Positions 52,857 to 64,000 of a stretch of DNA of 64,000 bases are shown here, in pieces. The stretch covers positions 108,004,001 through 108,068,000 of the forward strand of contig OZ024742.1 of NCBI GenBank assembly GCA_964016885.1. Reading direction: 5' to 3'. The stretch's first letter is position 1. Each line of letters begins with the position of its first letter. The notes below the pieces were generated by a model. The model saw nothing but the letters and a program-made list of their open reading frames with translations, searched no databases and was not told the DNA's origin. Position numbers and translations under genes: made by a program. Source of the DNA: Eledone cirrhosa. Lineage: Eukaryota.

Positions 52857-54780
52857 ATATATATATATCCTGTTATTAGAACTATAGAGTATTTTTATCT
52901 CTAATCATAACAGCCCTTGTGTTTGGAATAGGAAATAGGCTACAGCAATTGAACTCGTATTGTTATTTCTAAATTATTCAGATAATTTTTATATTTCATA
53001 AGTGGAATGGACCAAATATGATAAAATTTACATATAAGTGGTTGACCATTCCACAGCCAAATGTACCCCTTAATGTAACTATAAGGGAGATTTAGTCTGA
53101 CAGTGTGTGTACCAAGGTTGCTGGCCCCTTTGAATTACATTCCATCTGACGGACTTCCAAGTAGTTTGTGTTTACTCAATTTAACTTACAAAACTTGTGT
53201 TGACCCGAGCCTATGGTAAATTACACATGCCTAAGATGCCACGCAGTTGGATTGAAACGGGTACCTAATGATTGCGATGCAAAATTCTTAACCATTGGCC
53301 AAGTTACGTCCACACTAATCATAAAAAGAGATATTGTATATGGAAGATGAAGTAGAGCAGACCAGCTGAATCCATATTGCTATCTAGAAATTATTCAGCT
53401 AATTTTAATATTTCGGAAATATGTAGGAAGACAAATAATATAACTATAAGTAGCAAAGGTCTGTAACGTGTCTTCATCCAAATGAAGGAAATATGTAATT
53501 ATGATTTTTAAAGGAAAAACTGATTTTTCTCAATATGAGATGCACCATATGGACAATATAATTTGTGAGACAGTTTGAATTTGAAGTATTTGTAAAACAG
53601 TTTGAATTTGAAGTATTTGTAAAAACGCTGAGACTGAGAATAAGTATACATTGTGAGAATCTAAAGTATATGTTTACCTAAACAAAAAATAGCATTTGTA
53701 GGTGCTTAAGTATATATTTAAATTTAGAACAAGAACTATTTCCTTTCCTTTCACAAAATGGCAAGGTATTATTTGAGCGAGATATCGCTGCTATTTCTAG
53801 CATGCTGGAAACCACACAATTATTCCTCCGTTCTCTGTAACGAATGTAAAAAATGTATTTACAGAAAAATAGCTAAAAGAAATCAATTTTTTTTGTTCCT
53901 GCCTGAAACAAGAAACCATCTTCCCCATATGAGAATATTTTATTAAAAACTCCATCGTAATACTATTTGCATTTCTAACAAAATATATGGGAAATATTAT
54001 AAACAATTTAATCCATATAATTAATGCAATCACCTATAATACTGAAACAACCTAGCAATGAAGCTGATTAAAGTAAAAATGGTGGAAATGCCAAAAGAAA
54101 TACAAAAAACAAAAAAAAAACAAAAACAAAAAACAACAACAAAACAATAACAACAAAGAAATTAAGCAGAATCTATAAAATATAAAAACAAAAAGTACTA
54201 TATACTTGAAAAGCACCAAAGAATTGGAAAAACAAAATATCGTAAAAATACATACAACTAATCTGAATAACAATTGAGGAATTTTTTCAGCCAAGATAGA
54301 GATGATGGTAAGATTAAAAATGAAAAAAAATCATTTCGAGATGTTGACGGAAATGACGGATAAGTGACATACCTCTCAAAAATAATATAACAACATACGT
54401 GATTATAAGGTCTATAAAGACAAAGTAAGTAAAAATGGATCTCCGTCAGATTCGAAGACAAGTTTTCCAGTTGACTGATCAAAAGGAACAGACTACTCAT
54501 GAAAATTAACGTATGTGGTTGAGTATACTACAGACACATGTACCTTTAAGGTAATTCTCAATGGTATTAAGAGTGATAGTTTGAGACAATTTGGCCTTTT
54601 GGATACCAGGTAAAATGCATTTGTCCCAGTTGATTAGATTAGAGCAAGATGAGATGAAGTATCGTAATCAGGGACAAGATGTGACACAAAGAATCGAACT
54701 CACGACCTTACGATCCTGAGTTGAACATCCCAACCCCTAAGCCACGCACCTTCACATACACGCATCACACACACGGATCA

Positions 54781-54875
<95 letters not shown>

Positions 54876-55614
54876 CCGTGACAAGGCTGACGTCTGTGAG
54901 ATGTCGAGGTGTGAGTGAGCGCGCGCTTGTGAACGGACCGACGTAGGGAGGTGTATAAATATGTATATGGAATTTTGCACATACATACTTACACACATGT
55001 GTAGAAGCACTCAGAAGGGGTCGTACAGAAAAGGAGGCGGTAGCGAATACTGTCGTTGCTTATATATTTTATTTCGTAGTATGGCTGTAAGAGAAACTGC
55101 ATAGCTTCGGATATGACGATAGGGTGGTACAACAGCCGAACTACAAAGTGTGAAGTCACTACATGCGTTGGGAAACATTTAACACCGTAAACATTAGCAC
55201 TGGGTGCTAAGCGATCACAGACGTGTGCGCAAGAGAAACAAGCACACATGCACCTTCAAACAAGGACCCTAGGGTGTGTGTGTCGGTAATGTGTGCGCGT
55301 GCACACGTACGCATGCGCCAGAAAGTGTAGGGGGAAGGAGACTGTGTTATAATGACAATGAATACAGATATATTGGTATATGATGCAGCCGTATGTGTGT
55401 GGATGTAGGTTCTGTGTATGGAAAGCTACATTTGTGTGTGGTAGGACCGATGGGTCCGACAGGGTGGATATGCATGTGTGTAAATAGGAATTTGAGGGTT
55501 ATGTGTGTCAGAGATATATATGTGTTGGGTAGTATATACGGGTGTTGTGAATGTGTGTGTATTGTGTGGTGGCTGGAGTTGTGTGTGTGTATATATGTGC
55601 GTGTGTTAATTAAG

Positions 55615-55787
55615 TTCTGCTCAGTGCTGGTGGTGTGAATGACTGGGGATCCGTGGTGTAAAACGAAGCATGAGACAGCGAGGTGTTGAGTAGTGAGGTT
55701 GGGGAACCGAACTGACGAGCGACAGGGTTGTCTTTTCCTGGTCTGGTCTTATGTCCCTCAGATGTTCGGCGAATCGGCCCGCCAGAC

Positions 55788-55790
<3 letters not shown>
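55615..55790 (-). mobile_element. Penelope-like GIY-YIG endonuclease C-terminal fragment
   Basis: RLAGRFAEHLRDIR and, in a shifted frame, DNPVARQF, followed by an AC-rich 3' region. Confidence 0.7.
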
Positions 55791-55825
<35 letters not shown>

Positions 55826-55832
55826 GAGGGAG

Positions 55833-55867
<35 letters not shown>

Positions 55868-56075
55868 GATAGAGAGAGAGAGAGAGAGAGAATTGTTTCT
55901 GCTACACATATCACTCATTTCATGATTAATGAGTTAAGATTCCACTAATTAATGTTTACGATACATACAATGTGGATTTATATGTTGAGTTTGATCAGAG
56001 ATGTTGGTCTATTGCCAAGAAATCACTGTACATATATGGATATTTATTGACATGTTATATCTAATTACGTATATG

Positions 56076-56152
<77 letters not shown>

Positions 56153-56241
56153 ACATACACACATACACACACACACACGCATATATATATATAAGTTTAT
56201 ATATATATGTTTATATATTTAATTGCATATTTAAAAAAAAA

Positions 56242-56283
<42 letters not shown>

Positions 56284-56811
56284 CGAACGAGTTGTGGTAA
56301 GTCCAGAAATAGCCGTCGAAACGGCTTGAGCTCTGCCGTCGGGGTCATACTTTTTCCTATATATATATATATATATGTATGTGTGCATGTGTGTATGTGT
56401 ATGTATATGTTTGTATATTGGATGTGCGTCATAAATGTTAGCTCAACTCATTTACATAGACTAGTCACATACAAGGATATTAACATGATGGAAGTAATTG
56501 AAGTAATATATATATATGATATTGGTTGAAGGATTTACTTTGCCCTTGTTCAGTTTCAGACATTGATATCTAATTAAAGTTAAATACCGTAATCTCTATG
56601 TAAATTTGATTTCCTTTTGATTGCTATACTGCAAGATTATACACAATTCATGGACACTTAAGTCGTTATAGAGTCAGAGAAACCTCGCTGTACTATAGTA
56701 CATAGTGAACGTAATACTTCTTCATAGAGATTTCTTCAAGGAAGAGTGAGTGAGAGAGAGAGGCAGAGAGAGAGAGAGAGAGATAAAGAGGGAGAGAGGA
56801 TGATAGAGGGC

Positions 56812-56850
<39 letters not shown>

Positions 56851-56949
56851 GAGTCTGTATGTGTCTATGAGAAAGAGAGAGGGAGAAAGTAGTATAGAGG
56901 AAAAATCGATCCCAGTACTGGACTGCTATATATTTTTCTATTTCGAAAG

Positions 56950-57345
56950 AAATAATTGTTTCTACAAGGCCAACAATTTACACAGTACATTACTCGTACT
57001 TTATTTTATCGACCCCGTAAGGATGAAAAGCAAAATTAATCTTGGCAGGATTTGAACTCAGACCGCAAAATTGACGAAAGCATGGCGTCCGATACTGCCA
57101 ATTCACCGCCCTATTTCGAAAGAAATAATGATTTCTAGTATAGACATAAGGCCAGCAATTTGGGGGAGGGGAAACTTGATTAAATCGACCCCAGTACGTT
57201 ACTGGTGCTTTATTTTATCGACCCCGTAAGGATGAAAGGCAAAGTTAACCTCGGCAGGATTTGAACTCAGACCGCAAAGAGACGTAACTCTATGCTGGAA
57301 AGCATGTTGTCTACGCTCTACCGATACTGCCAATCCACCGACCTC
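56950..57345 (-). mobile_element. Two tandem SINE copies
   Basis: Same family as 18519-18709; CCTATTTCGAAAGAA-like flank repeated at 56938, 57111 and 57343. Confidence 0.85.
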
Positions 57346-57796
57346 ATTTCGAAAGAAGTAATGAAAGGCAAATTTAACGACAGAGTGGTTTGAACACCGA
57401 GCGTAGAGAGGGCCGAAAGAAAGCACCGCAAATCATTTTATGTGACGCTTGTAATGGTTCTGCCATTTCACCTTCGCCATAAGTTTTTACTCTAATGTTT
57501 AGTAAATATTTACATCAACTCCAATCATTAGGATCTTAGTATTGGTCATTAGTGGCCAACATAATGAGAAACATCTATGATTTTATCATTAGCTTTTATA
57601 TCGATATTTGCCTTACTTGAACGTTCATGTTACATGATATCATTTAATATTCATCAATAATCATCATTTCCATAGAATATTCAAAACGTTTGTCTTGTTT
57701 ATCTGATAGGAAAAAATCATTTGTTGCTATGTATGATTATTTATTTAATTAGCTTTTAGCTATGCTCAAGCTAACATACGAAAATCAAACCATTCG

Positions 57797-57865
<69 letters not shown>

Positions 57866-58041
57866 TAAATGCAATTAATGGTAGGGTCCAATCCGTATGA
57901 AGAACTCAATGTAATCCGTATGTAGAAGATGTCGTGAAGCAAAGTTTAAAATACAAAATTTCAACCCATTGGAAGCAGAGTCAAAATAATACAAATAGTG
58001 AAAACAATGAAATTAAACAAAATACGGGTAATTCATAGTAG

Positions 58042-58186
58042 AACTCATTATTTTACGATCGTTTCTGGGGGGTAGTTCTCTGTATGTTCATTCTATTCGT
58101 GATCTATGTAAAATATATTACAAATTATCAAAGTAAGAAAATATACATACGTCTTCCCTACCCGCCGTCTTCAGAAATAATGAGTT
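58042..58186 (-). ncRNA. Type I hammerhead ribozyme with 12-bp stem I and a stem II insert of about 100 nt
   Basis: Minus strand AACTCATTATTT-CTGAAGA-[102 nt, GGGTAG/CTACCC base]-GAAA-CGATCG-TA^AAATAATGAGTT. Confidence 0.75.
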
Positions 58187-58298
58187 TTGTTTATTGAAGA
58201 ATATAAAAACATGTAAGAATAAGTAACCTTTTAAGGACAAGGTTGAGATTGACCAATAGTAAAAATAGGAAGGGGCAATATAGAGGATTAAGCTGGTA

Positions 58299-58386
<88 letters not shown>

Positions 58387-58391
<5 letters not shown>

Positions 58392-58942
58392 TAAGTATGT
58401 ACACGTACATACATATATGTATATAGACGTACAGTAGTATGTATATATATATACATACATGCACACATATATATAAGTACGTATGGAATCACCGAACATT
58501 TATTATAATACTCGGTGTGTTTGTAAACAAACATCCCGTATTAAGCCGTAGCGTCCAGCAACCATCGTTGCTCGTTTGTTCAACACTGACAAAGGAACGC
58601 TGTACTAGTTTCAACATGCAAATTGGGCTACTCAGCCGTTAATATGCACAAGGTATGTATATACGTTCAACAATCTGGCAGGAAGGTATACGTTGCTGAC
58701 GATAGCTAATAAGCTTGAAACTAGTACAGCGTTCCTTTGTCAGTGTTGAACAAACGAGCAACGATGGTTGCTGGACACTATGGCTTAATACGGGATGTTT
58801 GTTTACAAACACACCGAGCATTATAATAAATGTTCGGTGAATCCATACGTACATATATATATATGTGTGCATGTATGTATATATATATACATACTACTGT
58901 ACGTCTGTATACATATATGTATGTACGTGTACATACTTATAT
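58387..58942. mobile_element. Penelope-like fold-back, arms about 228 bp, 100-bp loop
   Basis: 58387-58614 is a near-perfect reverse complement of 58715-58942; (TA)n nearby on both sides. Confidence 0.9.
58691..58731 (+). ncRNA. Minimal type I hammerhead ribozyme
   Basis: CGTTG-CTGACGA-T-AGCT aata AGCT-T-GAAA-CTAG-TA^CAGCG. Confidence 0.82.
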
Positions 58943-58995
58943 TTAAGTAACAGCCGTACTAAGAGTGGGAAATGAAATTTCGTTTCATTTTTTCC

Positions 58996-59053
<58 letters not shown>

Positions 59054-59211
59054 TATTTACGTATCGAGAAAGAGGAAAAAAGGGGAGGATAGGTGATACA
59101 TATAGTTATTTGCCAAGTAACGTATGCCAAAGGTGCTCGATACTAGTGCCGGCAGTATTAAATATTCGAACTGTTAATATTTAATGGGCTAGAGAGTTAG
59201 CAGAGCGTAAG

Positions 59212-59545
59212 CACGTGGGAAAGTAAAAAAATCGGAGAATAGACCGTTAAAACATGTTTATTTAAAACAGCACCTACGTACGTTTCGCCTAGTTGGGCTT
59301 CTCAAGGGCATAAATAATCACAAGTGTTCCTTATATTGCTCGGAAAGAGTTTTTTGGGTTAAATCCACATCAAGGTTCATTGCTCGCAAAAATATCTTGT
59401 TTTGATTTCTTCAGCTGGATTAGGATGAGGAGTGAAACCGTACACCGGATCTCCCTGCAACAAGTCTTAACACCCCGGCGGGCAAAATAACACCCAGGAA
59501 ACTATCCTTGCATACCAGACCCAGCCTCAGACAAACAGATGCGGC

Positions 59546-59576
<31 letters not shown>

Positions 59577-59825
59577 TCCGGAAAGACTGCCCTAACACCG
59601 GCCAGAGTTACCTCCTTTGACCTGCTGCAAAATCAAAACAAGATATTTTTGCGAGCAATGAACCTTGATGTGGATTTAACCCCCAAAACTCTTTCCGAGC
59701 AATATAAGGAACACTTGTGATTATTTATGCCCTTGAGAAGCCCAACTGGGCGAAACGTACGTAGGTGCTGTTTTAAATAAACATGTTTTAACGGTCTATT
59801 CTCCGATTTTTTACTTTCCCACGTG
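59212..59825. mobile_element. Penelope-like fold-back, arms about 197 bp, variant hammerhead in each arm
   Basis: 59212-59408 is the reverse complement of 59630-59825; TGCC-CTTGAGA-A-GCCC aact GGGC-GAAA-CGTACG-TA^GGTG at 59728-59767. Confidence 0.88.
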
Positions 59826-59905
<80 letters not shown>

Positions 59906-59944
59906 TATATGCATATATAAATATATATACATATATATATACAC

Positions 59945-60031
<87 letters not shown>

Positions 60032-60032
60032 T

Positions 60033-60245
60033 AAATGGCTTCTATAGGACTAAAACTGTTTCATTCGGGAGAAATTATCAGGAAGCCAACTGTCGGGACA
60101 GTCGGCTTCCTGATGATTTCTCCCGAATGAAACAGTTTTAGTCCTGTAGAAGCCATTTCTATATTAAATATTTATACTATGCTATGTATTGAGTACCTTA
60201 TTTACTGTGGTTACCCCCAATTGAACCCGCGTTGAACATACACAC
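60033..60245. mobile_element. Penelope-like family A terminus with 62-bp inverted arms and a 2-nt loop
   Basis: 60033-60094 is the reverse complement of 60097-60158; homologous to 49063-49208. Confidence 0.88.
60104..60154 (+). ncRNA. Canonical type I hammerhead ribozyme
   Basis: GGCTTC-CTGATGA-T-TTC tccc GAA-T-GAA-ACAG ttttagtc CTGT-A^GAAGCC; predicted GUA cleavage after 60148. Confidence 0.85.
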
Positions 60246-61289
60246 CCACACATACACACATATACGTATATATGATAATTTAATACAAATAGGGATGAGG
60301 TGTTTTATTTCTATATTACTGTTTCCGTAATTCGATCGTTGTTCATGTTACAGAGTCACAACAGCCATCTGTAATTTTATAGCTATCTCTTACCGAATAT
60401 TCGGTTATCATGACTTTTTAATCATAATTGTTTCTACTTTTTGGCACAAGGCCAGCAATTACCCAGTGCATTACTGGTACTTTATTTTATCGACCCCGTA
60501 AGGATGAAAGGCGGGATTTGAACTCACATCGTTAAGGGATGTAACTATGCTGGAAAGCATGGCATCCGACCCTCTACCGATACTTGCCAATCATAATGAA
60601 ATATAGTTACATCTACTTGTAATCATCCACACGCGTACACACATATACAATATAATATACATTATAGATGCAACTCTTTAGAATTTATGCACACACACAT
60701 ACACCCAATGCATTTCCTATCTTAGTCATGTCACTACAATAAGAAGTTTCATTTCCGATCACAGTTTTATGGGTTCTAATCCTATGTTTCTCTCTGTAAT
60801 TATTTATTTTTGAAAAGTTTCTCATATGTTTAATCATGTTATTTGTATATAGAAGAAGAAGAAGAAGAAGAAGAAAAAGAAGAAGAAGAAGAAGAAGAAG
60901 AAGAAAAAGAAGAAGAAGACGAAGAATAAAGCCCCCAAAAGAGAAAGAAATAAGTAAAATATACAATCGAATGGACATCTTAAATGTCATTGACTATAAA
61001 TATTTATTATAAAGTGATATCTTTTATGATAACGACTCCATTAAACCTGGCGCTTGGTTCTACATAGAATATATGGCATACATTTTATATGCAGTAGCAA
61101 TATTTTATTTCATTATCTTCTTTAACTCTTTCGTTGCCATATTTCTAATGAAAGACGTTACCTATCATTTTCAAAACATTTTGAAAATCAAAAATTTGAA
61201 GAGACTTAGTAGTATGAACTAACTTCCACATTATTGACCTAGTGTTTGGATTATAACTTAACAGAGGTTCTTACATAAATTATCCTCAT

Positions 61290-61725
61290 CGTTATCGAGT
61301 TCCCTCAGCTGGTGCAGCCAGTAGTTGAGGTGTTAACTATAGACGCTTTTACAGCAAGCAGTTGCCACTGGTCTCTATTCTCCATCGTGCGTAGAAGAGT
61401 CACAGTGTTGTGGCCTGTCCAGTCTTTGATATCGGACAAGACTTATCTTTGTTTGCTTCTCCTTCGTCTTCCCTCAATTATGCCCTGAGGATGGTTTTAT
61501 ACGGGGAGTCGTGACGGGGTACATGACCGTATCAAGCAAGTTCCCGTCATTTATCGTTGCAAGAAGTGGTTCTTGGCTGCCTGCATATTTGTTGACATGC
61601 TGCCTGACAAAACTGTTAGTTCTGTGTTCTGTGTACGGGATGCATAGTAGCCTTGTGAAGCACTTGTGCTTGAATGCCTGGACTCTTCGTTCCATGTCAG
61701 CTGTAATAGTTCAGTTCTCACACCC
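61290..61725 (-). mobile_element. Old RTE LINE 3' fragment
   Basis: ERRVQAFKHKCFTRLLCIPYTEHRTN, then GHV and GRRRRSKQR segments. Confidence 0.75.
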
Positions 61726-64000
61726 AGGAACATGCGGCGAATAGCTTAGCTCAGAAAAGAAAGATTCCGGTTGATAGTCATAACCAGAATTTAAAAATCA
61801 ACACCATGCCGAACGACAGTACTGTCTGAGGTGGGGTGGCTGTTGCAATGGGTGTCGCTGGCCATTGTCTGCGGAAATGCTTCTGTAATTTTGTCTGCGG
61901 GGTCGTTGCTGAAACACCACTCTGACCTAGGTGAAGAGTTTGTCACCCTCTCCTCTTCCACCCTTCTTTCTTCCATTGCCTAACAGTCCTTGTCTTTTCC
62001 GCCCTTTCCTCTCATTTATGGCATTTATAGTCCTATCTTTTACGTTCCTATACAGCCAGATCTGCCCTTCTTGACCCCTTCCTCTTTTTTTATTGTATAA
62101 GTTTTGTCCAATAAATACAAGGTTATCCCAATTTTCAAATCATTTGGGGTGGATTCAATAAAATAACTATCGTTCTTATTATTAAGCTGTTGGTTGGAGC
62201 ATCACTTAACAAAACCTTCTAAATTAGAGACAAAACACATATTTGCCAGCCGAGTGGACTGGGGCAATAAAGAGTAGTGTCCAAGGACAATGCAGTGCCG
62301 GCAATCAGTACCTTGTATAGTGGGGTGAATGCTACTGAATAAATGCTTAGTAATTATTAAAAAGACCCAACCACACGTATTCGATCGCCACTCGAAGAAA
62401 TTTCATTTTTTCCTCAAACTTTTGCAGAAAAACATAGACGTTACGAATATAACCTCTCCATTCGGTTTAGCCAATAAGTTTCTTCGGAGGTTAATGCATT
62501 CCGTTAATGAAAAAAGTTCCAATGAAACGATTTATTGCTCTATATTCTTTTATGACTTATCTGCACTTCCTATCTTAGGCGCCAACTTTCAGCATAAACA
62601 AATTCGGATTTACCTTTCAATAGGTAAAGTGGACCTAAGTCATCTACTTATCCTATTATGACACTATAGAAAGTAAGGCATTCTTTTGTTATTTTTTTTA
62701 CACATAGAATAGAATAATAATTTTAATTCTACACCGACTTCGTTTGACAAAAAAAGCGGCAAATAGATAGACAAATAAATTGTTAGCGGAATCACTACGT
62801 TAACAATTCAGACTACAGCAATATTCAATGAGTATTGACTAGCGAAATCTAGGGAGGATTATGCTTGTCGTAAGGAATCTGTGTTGATGTGTTGAAGATT
62901 TGAAATATTCTATTGATAGTGCAGAGTTACTATTCATACTTTTGTTGTTCTTAGGGAGATGGATTCATGATCATAAGGTTGTGAGTTCGAGTACTCAAAG
63001 GGGCGGCGTATTGAGTTCTTGAATAAAATCCTTTGTTTCACGTTGCTCGTTCTGCCAGGATTTGCGACAGCCAGGCAGTATCATAAAAGGAAAGATCAAT
63101 GGAAACATTGTTTCTTTTCTGCGATCTAATGATCGTTTCCTTTTTTATTCTCTCTTTTATTCCAATGTTGAACTGATCTGAACTCTATAATCCAGTGAGA
63201 ATCACAATGTTCTATGATTTTATATATATTTTCACATCAACAAGATTAAGCAAGTAATTCTGTGCAGTTTGATAACATAGCGCTCTCTAATTATCATCTC
63301 TAATTAAGGCGGATTTCATCCATATTTGCTTCTAAAGAGAAATAAATTAAAAGTTGTTCTTTGATGATTCTCTGTGTAATTGTGATTTAAAACCGAAATA
63401 GTATAACAAGAAAGACTAAAATAAAATTAAATAGGCGACAAAAAAGCAAACATATTCAGTGAAACAAACTAAGATAAAACAACAAAAATTAAATAAAATT
63501 GAACGAAAAAAAAATGGAAGTCAAAAGAAAATGAATTGAAATTTTTCTAAAAAAATAAGAACATCGTCTTTGATATTGTATCTTTGATATCGTTTCACCT
63601 CTCTTCTTTTCGAATTCTCTTTACATCATTTCATTTGTGAGCGAACGATAAAATAGAACCAAACTGGAACGAGTTTCAGAAATATTATATATGGTTTTAT
63701 AGAAAAGGGGAACTGGGATTATGAGATTCAGGATTTATACAAGAGAATAGTAAACAAATGGAAAATGAAACCGCGTCTAACGAAAACTGACTAACCAGGA
63801 ATCTATATCTTCGTTCTTGTCTCCAGACAAGAATGCTCCTGTGGTGGTGGCAGTGGTGGCAGAAGCAGGAAGGACTATATTGCTGTATGCAATTACACAC
63901 CCTATCTTGCTGAGTTCAAATCCGCCGGGATCTATTTTAATTTACCCACTCCAGATGGAATCATAGGAGAAGTGTTTTGACACAGCTTGTTTTGGGCACT

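Noticed and set aside
58387-59825. Long inverted repeats read as DNA-transposon MITEs or pre-miRNAs
   Set aside because: Arms are asymmetric extensions of hammerhead-bearing PLE termini, lack superfamily TIR motifs and are far longer than pre-miRNA stems.

Overview
AT-rich, microsatellite-dense eukaryotic DNA, most likely a cephalopod (octopus-like; inferred from repeat content). I see no intact host gene, and almost every short ORF in the track is a (TA)n/(CA)n/(TATG)n artefact. The window is a mosaic of mobile elements: a nearly intact RTE-clade LINE (APE-RT plus three C2H2 fingers), two families of short bipartite RTE derivatives, a decayed R4/Dong-type RLE retrotransposon in (TACA)n, many tRNA-derived SINEs, mariner/Tc1, piggyBac-like and Helitron relics, and a 1.6-kb tandem duplication. 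Three signals stand out. (1) More than a dozen Penelope-like termini carry minimal type I hammerhead ribozyme motifs, many arranged as 60-230 bp fold-back inverted repeats inside (TA)n tracts. (2) A long-range 5'-3' helix is kept, with different sequence, in three RTE families. (3) A GC-rich host-gene retrocopy has a 5' inversion whose halves rejoin in frame; it lacks poly(A) and ends directly in (TA)n. All calls are by eye; ribozyme activity is predicted, not shown.
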